DNA from: an uncultured Clostridium sp.
GTDB lineage: Bacteria > Bacillota > Clostridia > TANB77 > CAG-508
DNA: 63,130 bases
Direction: 5' to 3'
NCBI GenBank assembly: GCA_945949485.1
Contig: CAMFER010000001.1
Span: 68,099-131,228 of the forward strand
A model generated the notes under the pieces. It saw only the letters and a program-made list of their open reading frames with translations. It did not search any database and was not told where the DNA came from. Positions 18,238 through 30,383 of this stretch are shown piece after piece. Within the stretch, counting starts at the first letter, position 1; every line of letters starts with the position of its first letter. Both the position numbers and the translations under genes were made by a program.

Positions 18238-21200
18238 TTATTTCATATCTTCTGCAACATTAGAAGTTTCTTCTAATTCTTTTTCTGTACTTATATGAAT
18301 ATTTTGATATTTCTTCATTCCTGTACCAGCTGGAATTAATTTACCAATTATAACGTTTTCTTTTAATCCAACTAAATCATCAACTTTTCCTTTAACTGCA
18401 GCTTCAGTAAGTACTCTTGTTGTTTCTTGGAATGAAGCAGCTGACAAGAAGCTATCTGTTGCAAGAGATGCTTTTGTAATTCCAAGTAATACTCTCTTAC
18501 CTGTAGCAGGTTCTTTTCCTTCAGCTATTGCTTGTTTATTCCTATCTTCAAATTCATACATATCTATTAATGAACCTGGGAACATATCTGTATCTTTGTT
18601 ATCTTCAACTCTAACTTTCTTAAGCATTTGTCTTCCGATAACTTCAATATGTTTATCATTAATATCAACACCTTGGTTTCTATATACTTTTTGTACTTCA
18701 GAAATCAAATATTCATAAACTCCTTCTGGACCTTTTATTGCTAGTATTTCTGATGGATTTATTGAACCTTCAATCAATGGTTGACCAGCTTCTACCATAT
18801 CTCCATCTTTTACTCTCATTTTTGATCCAAATGGTATCGTATATGATTTTGCTTCATCTTTTCCTTTTACAACAACTTCTTTTTTCTTCTTAGTTTCTTT
18901 TATTTTTACTTTACCGTCTATTTCAGTAACAATTGCAAGTCCCTTTGGTTTTCTAGCTTCAAATAACTCTTCAACCCTTGGTAAACCTTGAGTAATATCG
19001 GCAACACCTGCAACACCACCAGAGTGAATAGTTCTCATTGTAAGCTGTGTACCAGGCTCACCAATTGATTGTGCTGCTATAATACCAACAGCTTCACCAA
19101 TTGAAACTAAGTCTCTTCTTGCTAATCCCATTCCATAACATTTTTGACAAACACCATGTTTTGAACGACATCCAAGAACTGAACGAACTTTTAGTTTCTC
19201 TATTCCTGCTGCAACTATTTCTTCTGCTATTTTTTCTGTTATCATTGTATCTGTATCAACAATTAATTCTTTTGTTTCTGGATTATATACATTTTCGACT
19301 ACGTATCTTCCTAATAATCTTTCTTCCATTTTCTCAATTACTTGTTGACCGTCTTTGATATCATAAACTATAATTCCATCTTCTGTTCCACAATCATGTT
19401 CTTTAACAATAATATCTTGAGAAACATCAACTAATCTTCTTGTTAAATATCCAGAGTCAGCTGTTCTTAAAGCTGTATCTGAAAGTCCTTTTCTTGCTCC
19501 ATGGGCTGAAATAAAGTACTCTAAAGCATCTAATCCTTCAGCAAATGAAGATTTAATTGGAATTTCAACCGCTTTACCAGTAGTACTTGCCATAAGACCA
19601 CGCATACCAGCAATTTGTCTTAATTGGTTCATATTACCACGGGCTCCAGATTTAACCATCATATATATTGGGTTTAATTCATCAAAGTTATCTTCCATTG
19701 CATTACTTACATCTTTAGTTGTCTTTTCCCATACATCAATTACTGCATTATATCTTTCACTATCTGTAATTAAACCTCTAGCATATTGTCTTCTAATATT
19801 TTCAACTTTGCTATCAGCTTCGGCTAGTAATTGTTTTTTAGCTTCTGGAACTTGAACATCATCCATTGAGAATGTAATACCTGCAAGTGTAGAATATTTG
19901 AATCCTAAAGCTTTGATATAGTCAATTACTTCTGCTGATTCTGTTAATCCATGTGTTCTAATTACTTTTTCAATAATTGTTCCCATAGATTTTTTCATAA
20001 CTGGGAAATCTATTTCGTATTGGAAAGGATCTTTCTTTCTGTCAATAAATCCTAAATCTTGTGGAATACCTTGGTTGAAAATTATTCTACCAACACTAGT
20101 TTCTATCTTTTTGCTCTTTATTTCTCCATCAATTTCTTTTTCAATTCTTACAAAAATCTTTGCATGTATTCCAACATCATGATTTTCGAAAGCCATAATT
20201 GCTTCATCAGGGTCTTTGAAGTATTTTCCTTCACCTTTTTCACCTTCTAGAACCATTGTTAGGTAATATGAACCTAAAATCATGTCTAGTCTTGGTGTAG
20301 CAACTGGTTTACCATCTTGTGGTTTTAATAGGTTATTAGTTGATAACATTAAATATCTTGATTCAGCTTGTGCTTCTGGTGATAATGGTAAATGCACAGC
20401 CATTTGGTCACCATCGAAGTCAGCATTAAATGCTTCACAAACTAATGGGTGAAGCTTAATTGCTCTACCTTCAACTAAGACTGGTTCAAAACTTTGAATA
20501 CCAAGTCTATGTAATGTAGGAGCACGGTTTAACATTACAGGATGATCTTTTATAACCTCCTCTAATATTCCCCATACTTCTGGTCTTAATCTTTCTACCA
20601 TTCTTTTAGCATTTTTAATATTTTGAGCAATTCCTCTTCCTACTAATTCTCTCATTACAAATGGTTTAAATAATTCTACTGCCATTTCTTTTGGAAGTCC
20701 ACATTGATAAATCTTAAGTTCTGGTCCTACTACGATAACAGAACGTCCTGAATAGTCAACACGTTTTCCAAGTAAGTTTTGACGGAAACGTCCTTGTTTT
20801 CCTTTTAATAAATCTGATAAAGATTTTAAAGGTCTGTTTCCAGCTCCTGTTACTGGTCTTCCTCTTCTTCCATTATCTATTAGGGCATCTACTGATTCTT
20901 GTAGCATTCTTTTTTCGTTTCTAACAATAATTTCTGGTGCACCTAATTCTAATAATCTTTTTAATCTGTTATTTCTGTTTATAACTCTTCTATATAAATC
21001 ATTTAAATCTGATGTTGCAAATCTACCCCCATCTAATTGAACCATTGGTCTTAAATCTGGTGGGATTACTGGTACAACATTCATAATCATCCATTCAGGT
21101 CTATTTCCTGAAATTCTAAAAGCTTCAACTGTATCTAATCTTTTTACAAGTTTTACTCTTTTTTGTTCACTTGCATTTTCTAGTTCTTTTCTAATTTGAT

Positions 21201-21768
21201 GAGATAATTTATCTAAATCTATTTCTTTTAATAAATCATATAGAGCTTCTGCTCCCATTCTAGCTTTAAAAGAACCTTTTCCGAATTTTTCTTCTGCCTC
21301 ATGATATTCTTTTTCATTTAAAACTTGGCATTTTTCTAATCCTGAAGTTCCTTTATCTGTTACTATATATGAAGCAAAATATATTATTTTCTCTAAATTT
21401 CTTGGTGAAATATCAAGCATTAAAGCAATTCTGCTTGGGATTCCTTTAAAATACCATATATGTGCAACAGGTGCTGCAAGTTCTATATGTCCCATTCTTT
21501 CACGTCTTACTTTTGATTTTGTTACTTCAACTCCACATCTGTCACAAACAATCCCTTTATATCTAACCCTTTTATATTTTCCACAATGACATTCCCAGTC
21601 TTTTGTTGGTCCAAATATTCTCTCACAAAATAGACCATCTTTTTCTGGTTTTAATGTTCTATAGTTAATAGTCTCTGGTTTTTTTACTTCACCTTTTGAC
21701 CATTCTCTTATTTTTTCATCTGATGCAATTCCTATTTTTAATTTATTAAAAATATCTAATTCGTCCAC
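18238..21768 (-). CDS. rpoC: DNA-directed RNA polymerase subunit beta'
   Basis: 1176 aa with the NADFDGD catalytic motif and a zinc-binding CxC...CxxC N-terminus. GTG start preceded by AAGGGAG. Confidence 0.97.
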   Translation of the reverse strand: MDELDIFNKLKIGIASDEKIREWSKGEVKKPETINYRTLKPEKDGLFCERIFGPTKDWECHCGKYKRVRYKGIVCDRCGVEVTKSKVRRERMGHIELAAPVAHIWYFKGIPSRIALMLDISPRNLEKIIYFASYIVTDKGTSGLEKCQVLNEKEYHEAEEKFGKGSFKARMGAEALYDLLKEIDLDKLSHQIRKELENASEQKRVKLVKRLDTVEAFRISGNRPEWMIMNVVPVIPPDLRPMVQLDGGRFATSDLNDLYRRVINRNNRLKRLLELGAPEIIVRNEKRMLQESVDALIDNGRRGRPVTGAGNRPLKSLSDLLKGKQGRFRQNLLGKRVDYSGRSVIVVGPELKIYQCGLPKEMAVELFKPFVMRELVGRGIAQNIKNAKRMVERLRPEVWGILEEVIKDHPVMLNRAPTLHRLGIQSFEPVLVEGRAIKLHPLVCEAFNADFDGDQMAVHLPLSPEAQAESRYLMLSTNNLLKPQDGKPVATPRLDMILGSYYLTMVLEGEKGEGKYFKDPDEAIMAFENHDVGIHAKIFVRIEKEIDGEIKSKKIETSVGRIIFNQGIPQDLGFIDRKKDPFQYEIDFPVMKKSMGTIIEKVIRTHGLTESAEVIDYIKALGFKYSTLAGITFSMDDVQVPEAKKQLLAEADSKVENIRRQYARGLITDSERYNAVIDVWEKTTKDVSNAMEDNFDELNPIYMMVKSGARGNMNQLRQIAGMRGLMASTTGKAVEIPIKSSFAEGLDALEYFISAHGARKGLSDTALRTADSGYLTRRLVDVSQDIIVKEHDCGTEDGIIVYDIKDGQQVIEKMEERLLGRYVVENVYNPETKELIVDTDTMITEKIAEEIVAAGIEKLKVRSVLGCRSKHGVCQKCYGMGLARRDLVSIGEAVGIIAAQSIGEPGTQLTMRTIHSGGVAGVADITQGLPRVEELFEARKPKGLAIVTEIDGKVKIKETKKKKEVVVKGKDEAKSYTIPFGSKMRVKDGDMVEAGQPLIEGSINPSEILAIKGPEGVYEYLISEVQKVYRNQGVDINDKHIEVIGRQMLKKVRVEDNKDTDMFPGSLIDMYEFEDRNKQAIAEGKEPATGKRVLLGITKASLATDSFLSAASFQETTRVLTEAAVKGKVDDLVGLKENVIIGKLIPAGTGMKKYQNIHISTEKELEETSNVAEDMK

Positions 21769-21943
21769 TATTTTTCTCCCTTCTTTATCCTATCAAGGTA
21801 GTTCCTATTATTAGGAACATACCTTATAGGTTATATTTTTGGGTAATTTCAAAACAGTTTTAAAGAACTTTCCACCGCCTGCGCAATTCCTTCCTGTCGC
21901 TTTATAACTTTTTGAAATTTATTCAGTTAATTATTGATTTTAA

Positions 21944-24900
21944 TTACATAATATCATCTTCATCATTTAGGTTATCTTCAGCTAAATCATTATCAAATAA
22001 CATATCTTCGCCTTCATCACCTAAATCTTCAAATAAATCTTCTGTTCCATCATCCATAGCATCGTCATCTTCTAGTAAAACATCATTTTCTACATCTTCA
22101 CTATATCCATTTAAATCTCCGTCTGCTATTACTTCTTCCTCTGACAAGATTTTCTTATCTTTTTCTGGATCATATTCTATTCCTTCTTCAATATTTTCTT
22201 TAAGCTCTAGTTCTTCGTTATTTTCAGAATATAATCTGACATCTAAGCCTAAAGATTGTAATTCTTTTACTAATACTTTGAAGCTTTCTGGAACTCCTGG
22301 TTCTGGAACATTTTCACCTTTTACAATTGCTTCATAAGTTTTAACTCTTCCCACAACATCATCTGATTTTACAGTTAACATTTCTTGTAATGTATATGCT
22401 GCACCATATGCTTCTAGTGCCCAAACTTCCATTTCTCCGAAACGTTGACCACCAAATTGTGCTTTACCTCCAAGTGGTTGTTGAGTAACTAATGAGTATG
22501 GTCCAGTTGAACGAGCATGTATTTTATCATCTACTAAGTGATGTAGTTTTAACATGTACATAACCCCAACTGTAATTGGGCTTGCAAATGGTTCACCTGT
22601 TCTACCATCATAAAGAATAGTTTTGCCATCTTTATTCATTCCAGCTTTTTCTAATAATTCTTGAACATCTTCTTGTGTAGCACCATCAAATACTGGTGTT
22701 GACACATGCCATCCTAATGCTTTAGCTGCTCCTCCTAAGTGAACCTCTAAAACTTGACCTAAGTTCATACGAGATGGAACTCCAAGAGGGTTTAATAAGA
22801 TATCTATTGGTGTACCATCTGGCATAAATGGCATATCTTCTTCTGGTAATACTCTTGAAATAACACCTTTATTACCATGACGTCCAGCCATTTTATCACC
22901 AACTGATATTTTTCTCTTTGTAGCTATATAACATCTAATAATTTGCTTAACTCCAGGTCCTAATTCATCTGAATTTTCTCTAGTAAATATCTTAACATCT
23001 ACTATTGTTCCAGCTTCTCCGTGTGGTACTCTTAATGATGTATCTCTAACTTCTCTTGCTTTTTCACCAAAGATAGCTCTTAATAATCTTTCTTCAGCTG
23101 TTAATTCTGTTTCTCCTTTTGGAGTAACTTTACCAACTAAGATATCACCTGGTCTTACTTCTGCACCAATTCTTATGATTCCGTTTTCATCTAAGTCTTT
23201 TAAAGAATCATCACCTACATTTGGAATGTCTCTTGTGATTTCTTCAGCTCCTAGTTTTGTATCACGGCATTCACAATCATATTCTTCAATATGAATAGAT
23301 GTAAATACATCTTCTTTAACTAATCTTTCATTTAGTAGAATAGCATCCTCATAGTTGTATCCTTCCCATGTTGAGAAAGCTACTAATACGTTTTTACCTA
23401 ATGCCATTTCTCCATTTTTTGTTGATGGTCCATCTGCTATTGCATCACCTTTTTTAACTTTTTCACCTTTTTTAACAATTGGTCTTTGGTCAATACATGT
23501 ACCACCATTTGTTCTTTTAAATTTGCGTAATTTATGTACTACAGTTTTTCCATTTTTATATTTTACAGTTATTGCATCACCTGTTACTTTTTCAATAACT
23601 CCATCATCTTCTGCAAGAACTAAAATTCCTGAATCTTTTGCTGCTCTATATTCAATACCTGTTCCTACTATTGGACTCTCTGTAATCATAAGTGGAACTG
23701 CTTGACGTTGCATGTTAGCACCCATTAGAGCTCTTTTTGCGTCATCATGCTCTAAGAAAGGAATCATAGCTGCTGCTATTGATACTAATTGTTTTGGTGA
23801 AACATCTACATATTGTACTTTAGTGTTTTCAACTTCTATAACTTCATTTTTAAAACGAACTCTAACTCTTTTATTTACAAAATTTCCATTTTCATCTACT
23901 GGTTCTGATGCTTGAGCTATAATATAATTATCTTCAACATCAGCACTCATATATTCTACTATATCTGTTAGTCTATGAGTTTCTGGATCAACTTTTCTAT
24001 ATGGTGTTTCGATAAATCCATATTCATTTATTTGTGCGAATGAAGATAATGCAGAAATAAGTCCTATGTTTGGTCCTTCTGGAGATTCAATTGGACATAA
24101 TCTACCATAATGTGTATAGTGAACGTCACGAACCTCAAATCCTGCTCTATCTCTTGTTAATCCTCCAGGTCCTAATGCTGAAATTCTTCTTTTATGAGTT
24201 AACTCTGAAAGTGGATTTGTTTGATCCATGAATTGTGATAATTGTGAACTTCCAAAGAACTCTCTTATAGCTGATGTAATTGGTTTTGTATTAATTAATG
24301 TTTGTGGTGTTACAACATCTAAATCTTGAATTGTCATTCTTTCACGAACAACTCTTTCTAGTCTAGTTAAACCAATTCTGAATTGATTTTGTAATAATTC
24401 ACCAACACAACGAATTCTACGATTTGCTAAATGGTCTATATCATCTGGCGCACCTAATCCATGTGAAAGGTTTAATAAGTAGTTTATTGAAGCTATCATA
24501 TCTTCTGTAGTGATATGTTTTGGCACTAATTCTTCCATTCTTTCTTCAATAATTTTTACTAAATCTTTTTCGTCAGTATTATCAATAATATTTTTCAATA
24601 CATTATAATTTACTAATTCTTTGAAATGTAATGAAGATAAATCAACATTTGGTAATACTTTGTGGATATTTACAGTACTATTTCCTATAATTCTTATAGT
24701 TTTATCATTTACTTTTATATCAACAATGTTTATTCCTGCATCTTGAATGTTTTCTGCCATTTCTTCTGATATAGTTTCTCCGGCTTGAACAAGAACTTCG
24801 CCTGTTTCAGCATCTACTATGTCTTCTGCTGCTATTTTATCTTTTATTCTTCCAGCAAGTCCTAATTTTTGATTGAATTTATAACGACCAACTTTTGCTA

Positions 24901-25711
24901 AATCATAACGTCTATTGTCATAGAATAATCCATTAAATAGATTTCTTGCTGCTTCTGCAGTTGGTAATTCTCCTGGTCTTAACTTTTTATAAATTTCGAT
25001 TAAAGCTTCATCTTGATCTTTAATTGTATCTTTAGCTATTGTAGCTTTTAACATTGTTTCGTCACCAAACAAATCTAATATTTGGCTATCTGTTTGAAGC
25101 CCAATTGCTCTTAGTAAAGTAGTTACTGGAACTTTTCTTGTTCTATCTACTCTAACCCAGAAAATATCGTTTCCATCTGTTTCATATTCAAGCCATGCTC
25201 CACGAAGAGGCATAACTGTTGAATTATATGTTCTCTTTCCTGTTTTAGTATCAAATTCTTCTGCATAATAGCAACCTGGAGAACGTACTAATTGGCTAAC
25301 TACAACTCTTTCAGCTCCATTAATAACAAAAGTACCACTATCTGTCATAAGTGGGAAATCACCTAAGTAGATTTCTTGTTCTTTTATTTCTCCTGTTTCA
25401 CGATTAATTAATCTTACTTTTACGTGTAATCTAGCAGAATATGTTGCATCTCTTTCTTTTGCTTCTTCAACTGAATATTTTGTTTTGTCTTCCATGTAAT
25501 AATCGAAAAATTCTAAGACTAAATTTCCAGAATAATCTTCGATTGGTGAAATATCTTTTAAAACTTCTCCTAATCCTTCTTCAAGAAACCAATCATAAGA
25601 ATCTTTTTGAACTTTGATAAGATTAGGCATTTCGATATAATCTCCAACCTTAGCGAAATCTTTACGAGAAGCTTTCTCGTACTTCACTTCTTTAATTTTC
25701 AAAAAAATCAC
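21944..25711 (-). CDS. rpoB: DNA-directed RNA polymerase subunit beta
   Basis: 1255 aa with canonical RpoB blocks throughout and an acidic C-terminal tail. The start is ambiguous: GTG at 25711 or TTG at 25702 after GGGGTG. Confidence 0.97.
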   Translation of the reverse strand: MIFLKIKEVKYEKASRKDFAKVGDYIEMPNLIKVQKDSYDWFLEEGLGEVLKDISPIEDYSGNLVLEFFDYYMEDKTKYSVEEAKERDATYSARLHVKVRLINRETGEIKEQEIYLGDFPLMTDSGTFVINGAERVVVSQLVRSPGCYYAEEFDTKTGKRTYNSTVMPLRGAWLEYETDGNDIFWVRVDRTRKVPVTTLLRAIGLQTDSQILDLFGDETMLKATIAKDTIKDQDEALIEIYKKLRPGELPTAEAARNLFNGLFYDNRRYDLAKVGRYKFNQKLGLAGRIKDKIAAEDIVDAETGEVLVQAGETISEEMAENIQDAGINIVDIKVNDKTIRIIGNSTVNIHKVLPNVDLSSLHFKELVNYNVLKNIIDNTDEKDLVKIIEERMEELVPKHITTEDMIASINYLLNLSHGLGAPDDIDHLANRRIRCVGELLQNQFRIGLTRLERVVRERMTIQDLDVVTPQTLINTKPITSAIREFFGSSQLSQFMDQTNPLSELTHKRRISALGPGGLTRDRAGFEVRDVHYTHYGRLCPIESPEGPNIGLISALSSFAQINEYGFIETPYRKVDPETHRLTDIVEYMSADVEDNYIIAQASEPVDENGNFVNKRVRVRFKNEVIEVENTKVQYVDVSPKQLVSIAAAMIPFLEHDDAKRALMGANMQRQAVPLMITESPIVGTGIEYRAAKDSGILVLAEDDGVIEKVTGDAITVKYKNGKTVVHKLRKFKRTNGGTCIDQRPIVKKGEKVKKGDAIADGPSTKNGEMALGKNVLVAFSTWEGYNYEDAILLNERLVKEDVFTSIHIEEYDCECRDTKLGAEEITRDIPNVGDDSLKDLDENGIIRIGAEVRPGDILVGKVTPKGETELTAEERLLRAIFGEKAREVRDTSLRVPHGEAGTIVDVKIFTRENSDELGPGVKQIIRCYIATKRKISVGDKMAGRHGNKGVISRVLPEEDMPFMPDGTPIDILLNPLGVPSRMNLGQVLEVHLGGAAKALGWHVSTPVFDGATQEDVQELLEKAGMNKDGKTILYDGRTGEPFASPITVGVMYMLKLHHLVDDKIHARSTGPYSLVTQQPLGGKAQFGGQRFGEMEVWALEAYGAAYTLQEMLTVKSDDVVGRVKTYEAIVKGENVPEPGVPESFKVLVKELQSLGLDVRLYSENNEELELKENIEEGIEYDPEKDKKILSEEEVIADGDLNGYSEDVENDVLLEDDDAMDDGTEDLFEDLGDEGEDMLFDNDLAEDNLNDEDDIM

Positions 25712-26218
25712 CCCATAAAATTAAATTAAGCAGATTGAAATATCAACGAAATGTTGATAAAAGAATATATCTTTTAAAAGAAGTCCCACTCACAATATGT
25801 ATTTTTTCTAAATTATCTAAAATCGTCTGCTCATACGAATTTAAATCACTTAGGGAAATACATATTTGATTCCTCTTCTTCTAATTTTAAACTTTTGAAT
25901 AAAACCTTTTAAAATGAATTTTTAGTGATTATGTTATCTGTAAAAATGACAACAAAAAAGCTGCTGAAAAAATATGTGTTTTCTCAACCTAGCTTCTTTT
26001 TATTAATTTTATTTCTTACCCTTTATTTTTATTTTAATCACCCTAACTAAACAAATTTGGGTCTAAAAATCCATTTTGCAATTATGTAATATGATATCAT
26101 ATTTTTTAATAAAAAGTCAAGCTTTTCCAGCTCTTTTTATTATTTTTTATTTTATTTTTTATTTCATTACTGTTTTTTTGCAATTTACATTATATAATCA
26201 CTTTTTTACTTAAAAATA

Positions 26219-26247
26219 TAGACATTTTATTTCTTTTATAGTAGAAT
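26219..26247 (+). promoter_or_regulatory. sigma-A-type promoter for the 26285 gene
   Basis: TAGACA (26219-26224), 17-nt spacer, TAGAAT (26242-26247). Confidence 0.4.
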
Positions 26248-26284
26248 ACCTTTAATGTTTAAAAATAATGACAAAGGAGGAAAT

Positions 26285-26785
26285 ATGGCAAGCTTACCAA
26301 TAGTAGTAAAATATATATTAACAGCTTTAGTAGGAATAGTTCCAATAATTGAATTAAGAGGTGCTATACCAATTGGAGTATTTACTTTCCATTTGAGTTA
26401 TCTTGAATCATTTATATGTAGTTTTATTGGAAATATTATTCCCGTATATTTCATAGTTAAATATATTAGACCATTATTTGATTTTTTTGGAAGATGGAAA
26501 ATTTTCAAAGTAGTAATTGATTGGGCTTCTGAAAGAGCCACAAAGAAAATAGAAGAAAGCGAAAAATTGCAAAATTTCGCAGCACTGGGCTTATTCCTAT
26601 TTGTTGCTGTTCCACTTCCTGGAACAGGCGCTTGGGTTGGTTCATTAATAGCAAACTTTTTAGACTTACCACCAAAAAAAGCAATTCCACCTATAATTGT
26701 AGGTGTTCTTACAGCAGGAATCATTGTACTTACCTTAACAGCTGTTGCAAATGGCGGAATACAATACATATTACAAAGAGGATAA
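26285..26785 (+). CDS. small multidrug-export-like membrane protein (COG2426 / Sm_multidrug_ex type)
   Basis: IIELRGAIPIG and VAVPLPGTGAWVG blocks. Start moved to the ATG at 26285, which follows AAAGGAGG. Confidence 0.7.
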   Translation: MASLPIVVKYILTALVGIVPIIELRGAIPIGVFTFHLSYLESFICSFIGNIIPVYFIVKYIRPLFDFFGRWKIFKVVIDWASERATKKIEESEKLQNFAALGLFLFVAVPLPGTGAWVGSLIANFLDLPPKKAIPPIIVGVLTAGIIVLTLTAVANGGIQYILQRG

Positions 26786-26787
26786 AA

Positions 26788-26823
26788 AATTAACTCATAC
26801 TAAAACTAGTATGAGTTTTTTAT
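26788..26823. terminator. bidirectional terminator between convergent genes
   Basis: AACTCATACT / AGTATGAGTT stem flanked by an A-run and a T-run. Confidence 0.7.
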
Positions 26824-26825
26824 TC

Positions 26826-27971
26826 CTATATATTTTTTATTTCTTTACTTTTCTTAACTGCTAATTTGTAATTAATATAATCTTCTACTATAATTCTTAT
26901 CACCGCAATTACTGGAACCGCTAAAAACATTCCTAAAATTCCAAAATATGCTCCTCCTATAGTAATAGCAAACAGAACTAATAAAGGACTTATTTTTAAT
27001 GATTTTCCTACAATCTTAGGATTTATTATATTTGCATCTATTTGTTGTAATATTATAACAACTATAAGCATCCAAATTGCTTGTGAAAGACCTCCTGTTA
27101 TTAATGTTATTATAGCTGCTATAACTGTAGCTATAATTGCACCTATATATGGAATCATATTAAATAAACCTATCATAAATCCCAAGAATGGTGCATATTT
27201 AATTCCCATAATACTCATTGCAATAGTAACTGTTATTCCAACTATAATTGCATCTAAAAATTGACTGGCTATAAACTTAAAGAAAATCGCATTAGAATTA
27301 TTATAATATTTATCAATATTTTTGTAAGTATTGTCCTTGAAAATTGCTTTTGCAAAATTCTTTAAAAATTTAACAATTGCTGTTCTTTCTGCAAGTATAT
27401 ATATTGACACTATAAAAGCAACAAACACATCAAAAATTCCTGTAGCTGCACTTATTGCGCTCATAATATATTCCATTATTCTATCTAAAGCAAAATATTG
27501 CTTAATATCTATTTGTTGAATATTCTGAATTAAATCATTTATAATTTCTCCTTTTAACAAAGAATCTTCTGGCAACGAATTATATCTGTTAATTGATATT
27601 TGATAATACGTTCCTATATTATTTAGTAGATCTACAATACTTTCAAATACTACTGGCAAAATGAAATTTATCAAAATAACTAGTACCATTAATATAATTA
27701 AATATACTGTTAAAATACTCAATCCTCTTGCTTTCTTTTTTATAAATTTATTTTTTGACTTTAATAAAGCTTCTTCTATTTTTTTGCATGGCATGTAGAA
27801 TATATAAGCTATAAAAACACCTGCTAAAAATGGTGTTAATATATTAAAGAATTTATTAAATATATCATTTATATTTCCAAAATTATCAACAGCTTTATAT
27901 ACCAATATTATTGCTACAGCTAGCAAAAACCAATACATCCATTTTTTCCAATGATTTTTTATTTCATTCAT
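26826..27971 (-). CDS. AI-2E family transporter (PerM/YhhT-like permease)
   Basis: 381 aa polytopic membrane protein with an AI-2E-like C-terminal block (NMIPYIGAIIA ... GMFLAVPV). Confidence 0.75.
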   Translation of the reverse strand: MNEIKNHWKKWMYWFLLAVAIILVYKAVDNFGNINDIFNKFFNILTPFLAGVFIAYIFYMPCKKIEEALLKSKNKFIKKKARGLSILTVYLIILMVLVILINFILPVVFESIVDLLNNIGTYYQISINRYNSLPEDSLLKGEIINDLIQNIQQIDIKQYFALDRIMEYIMSAISAATGIFDVFVAFIVSIYILAERTAIVKFLKNFAKAIFKDNTYKNIDKYYNNSNAIFFKFIASQFLDAIIVGITVTIAMSIMGIKYAPFLGFMIGLFNMIPYIGAIIATVIAAIITLITGGLSQAIWMLIVVIILQQIDANIINPKIVGKSLKISPLLVLFAITIGGAYFGILGMFLAVPVIAVIRIIVEDYINYKLAVKKSKEIKNI

Positions 27972-27986
27972 TATAATTCCTCCTTT

Positions 27987-28739
27987 TTAAAATATCTCTA
28001 GACCTACTGGGCAATGATCACTTCCCATTATTTCAGAATATATTTTTGCGTCTTTAATGTCTTTTTTTATATCTTCTGAAACAATAAAATAATCAATTCT
28101 CCATCCAATATCTTTTTCTCTAGCTTTCCTCATATATGACCACCAAGTATATGCATTTTCTTTATTAGGATATAAATATCTATATGTATCCACAAATCCC
28201 GAATCAAGTAATTCTGTCATCTTATTTCTCTCTTCATCTGTAAATCCAGCACTTCTTCTATTTGTACTTGGATTTTTTAAATCTATTTCTTTGTGAGCTA
28301 CATTTAAATCTCCACACATAATAACTGGCTTCGTTTCATTTAATCTTAATAAGTATTTTCTCATCTCGTCTTCCCATATTTGTCTATAATCTAATCTTTC
28401 TAACTCTCTTTTAGAATTAGGAGTATACACATTTACTAAATAGAATTTTTCAAATTCTAATGTAATTACTCTTCCTTCATTATCATGTTCTTCTATTCCT
28501 ATTCCATATGTTACACTAATTGGTTTGATTTTCGTAAAAATTGCTGTTCCAGAATATCCTTTTTTTTCAGCACTATTCCAATAGCTTGTATATCCTTCAA
28601 ATTCTAATTCTACTTGTCCTTCTTGGCATTTGGTTTCTTGTATACAAAACATATCAGCATCTACTTTTTTAAAAAACTCTTCAAATCCTTTTGTAAGGCA
28701 TGCCCTAATTCCATTTACATTCCAAGATATTAATTTCAC
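27987..28739 (-). CDS. xth: exodeoxyribonuclease III
   Basis: MKLISWNVNGIRA...FCIQETK...SDHCPV are typical ExoIII/APE1 family motifs. Confidence 0.9.
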   Translation of the reverse strand: MKLISWNVNGIRACLTKGFEEFFKKVDADMFCIQETKCQEGQVELEFEGYTSYWNSAEKKGYSGTAIFTKIKPISVTYGIGIEEHDNEGRVITLEFEKFYLVNVYTPNSKRELERLDYRQIWEDEMRKYLLRLNETKPVIMCGDLNVAHKEIDLKNPSTNRRSAGFTDEERNKMTELLDSGFVDTYRYLYPNKENAYTWWSYMRKAREKDIGWRIDYFIVSEDIKKDIKDAKIYSEIMGSDHCPVGLEIF

Positions 28740-28827
28740 TTATTCTACCTTCCTCTCCTCTTATTAGTATATATTTTACTATATCTTTTACAAAATATCA
28801 ATTACTAATAAAAGAAAAAGATAGCAC

Positions 28828-29310
28828 TTATTTGCTATCTTCTTGAGTTTTAAATATATTAATACTTTGCTCAATATGCTTTTTTTGGAGTCCATAATAA
28901 CTGTCAATTTCTATTGTATATTTTCTTAATTTTTTAAATCCTTCATATTCATCATCTAATATAAGAATAGCTTTGTCTTTTTCATTAAAACTTTTTAAAT
29001 ATTCTAAAATCTCACACTCTCTTCTGTTTTTTTCATAAACTTCTGGAGTTTTTCCAATTACATATTTAAAAATATCATATTCTTTAAGCTTTTCTGATAA
29101 GATTTTTCTTCCTTCTCTAAACGATCTCCACGAAGACGAAATTACTATTTTAGAATTTGTTTCTAAAACTATTTTCCGCAATACTTCAATAGATTCTTTT
29201 GAAAAAGGCCAATCTGTGCCTACAAAAGGCTCATGAGTTTTTTCATAATGAATTTCAGCATCTCTCCAATTATTTAGTACTCCATCAACATCCAGAAATA
29301 TTATATTCAT
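28828..29310 (-). CDS. HAD-like hydrolase-fold hypothetical protein
   Basis: FLDVDGVLN and ISSSWR blocks. Contains the only zero-frame CGG in the window that is not at a frameshift (29176-29178). Confidence 0.5.
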   Translation of the reverse strand: MNIIFLDVDGVLNNWRDAEIHYEKTHEPFVGTDWPFSKESIEVLRKIVLETNSKIVISSSWRSFREGRKILSEKLKEYDIFKYVIGKTPEVYEKNRRECEILEYLKSFNEKDKAILILDDEYEGFKKLRKYTIEIDSYYGLQKKHIEQSINIFKTQEDSK

Positions 29311-29398
29311 TATATTTCTCCTCCCACCTAGCTATCGCTATAATATTCTATCATAAAAAATAGAGTCAGTCAAAACTAACTCTATTTTATATGGTATT

Positions 29399-30319
29399 TT
29401 ATTGTACAACATTAACTGGTAAGTATCTAACTCCCCATTGTAAAGCTTCTGAGTGTGAACTAACATAAATGTCTATTTTGTTACCTTTTATTGCTCCACC
29501 TCTATCTTCAACAGTATATATATGTCCTCCGATATTTAACTTTGTACCAAATGCAAAGTTTGCTGGTGCAGCTACTGTTCTTCCTGCTGTAGCTGTTGTT
29601 CCTGATGCTGTTCTACCTGTTGATTTCCCACAACATTTAGAACATGAACAATATGCTGTTATTTTATATGTTGTTCCACCTGTAGTCGATGTTGTTCTTG
29701 GTAGTGATGATCTTGATGTCACTTTATTAACTTGAACTATTTTGTTTACAGGTTCTTTTATCACTACTTCAGATATTTGTGTTTTTTCAATTTCTATATT
29801 ATTTTGATATTTTACTTTATATGTTACTTCTTTTAATCCATCTTTTCCTTGTTGTAAAACCTTACTTGTTGTATTTTCTGATGAATTTGTAGTATTTTTA
29901 GTTACTGTTTCATAAGGTATTGTTACTTGTTCTACCACAATTTTCTCTGTTATTGGAGCATAGTTATCCAATAACTGATCTAAAGTTGTTTCAATTCCAT
30001 CTTCAGAAATTGTAGCAATTTGTACCTCATTATATGATTTATCTGTAATTTGTATTGTTTGACCTGCTGAGATTTCACTATTTACATCAGGTATTGTTTT
30101 TTGATTTTCATTTAAAACTATATTGTTTTCTTCTATTATGTCAGAAACTTTTGTTTTTGATGTCAAGGCTGTCATTTCATAACCATTTTGTAAAACTATT
30201 TTTACATCATTTAAATTAGTGTTCACCGCTAAGACAGCTATTCCTGAAATTAATATCATAATAACAGTTACGCATATAATTTTTATTATAGAAATTGAAG
30301 CTTTCTCTTCTTTTTTCAT
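29399..30319 (-). CDS. YabE/RpfB-like cell-wall protein (DUF348 + G5 + 3D domains)
   Basis: N-terminal TM segment, a G5-like block (VLQQGKDGLKEVTYKV), and a C-terminal 3D domain (ITAYCSCSKCCG...TASG...VAAP...YTVEDRGGAIKGNKIDIY). Confidence 0.8.
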   Translation of the reverse strand: MKKEEKASISIIKIICVTVIMILISGIAVLAVNTNLNDVKIVLQNGYEMTALTSKTKVSDIIEENNIVLNENQKTIPDVNSEISAGQTIQITDKSYNEVQIATISEDGIETTLDQLLDNYAPITEKIVVEQVTIPYETVTKNTTNSSENTTSKVLQQGKDGLKEVTYKVKYQNNIEIEKTQISEVVIKEPVNKIVQVNKVTSRSSLPRTTSTTGGTTYKITAYCSCSKCCGKSTGRTASGTTATAGRTVAAPANFAFGTKLNIGGHIYTVEDRGGAIKGNKIDIYVSSHSEALQWGVRYLPVNVVQ

Positions 30320-30354
30320 AAAAAAACTATTACCTCCTTCTTGGCAACAAGTAT

Positions 30355-30383
30355 ATTATACTATTTTTTTTCTTTTTTGTCAA
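30355..30383 (-). promoter_or_regulatory. consensus sigma-A promoter for the YabE-like gene
   Basis: TTGACA (30383-30378), 17-nt spacer, TATAAT (30360-30355). Lies about 35 nt upstream of the ATG. Confidence 0.6.

Noticed and set aside
21947-22237. 97-aa highly acidic C-terminal tail on RpoB (…[42 protein letters not shown]).
   Set aside because: Firmicute RpoB proteins, including Bacillus subtilis, already carry acidic C-terminal extensions. This is a longer version of a known feature and not clearly novel.
25840-25870. 5-codon mini-ORF (ATG TAT TTC CCT AAG TGA after AAGAGGAA) in the rpoB leader, considered as a possible leader peptide.
   Set aside because: It is too short and unsupported. 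Such RBS-ATG combinations arise easily in AT-rich leaders.
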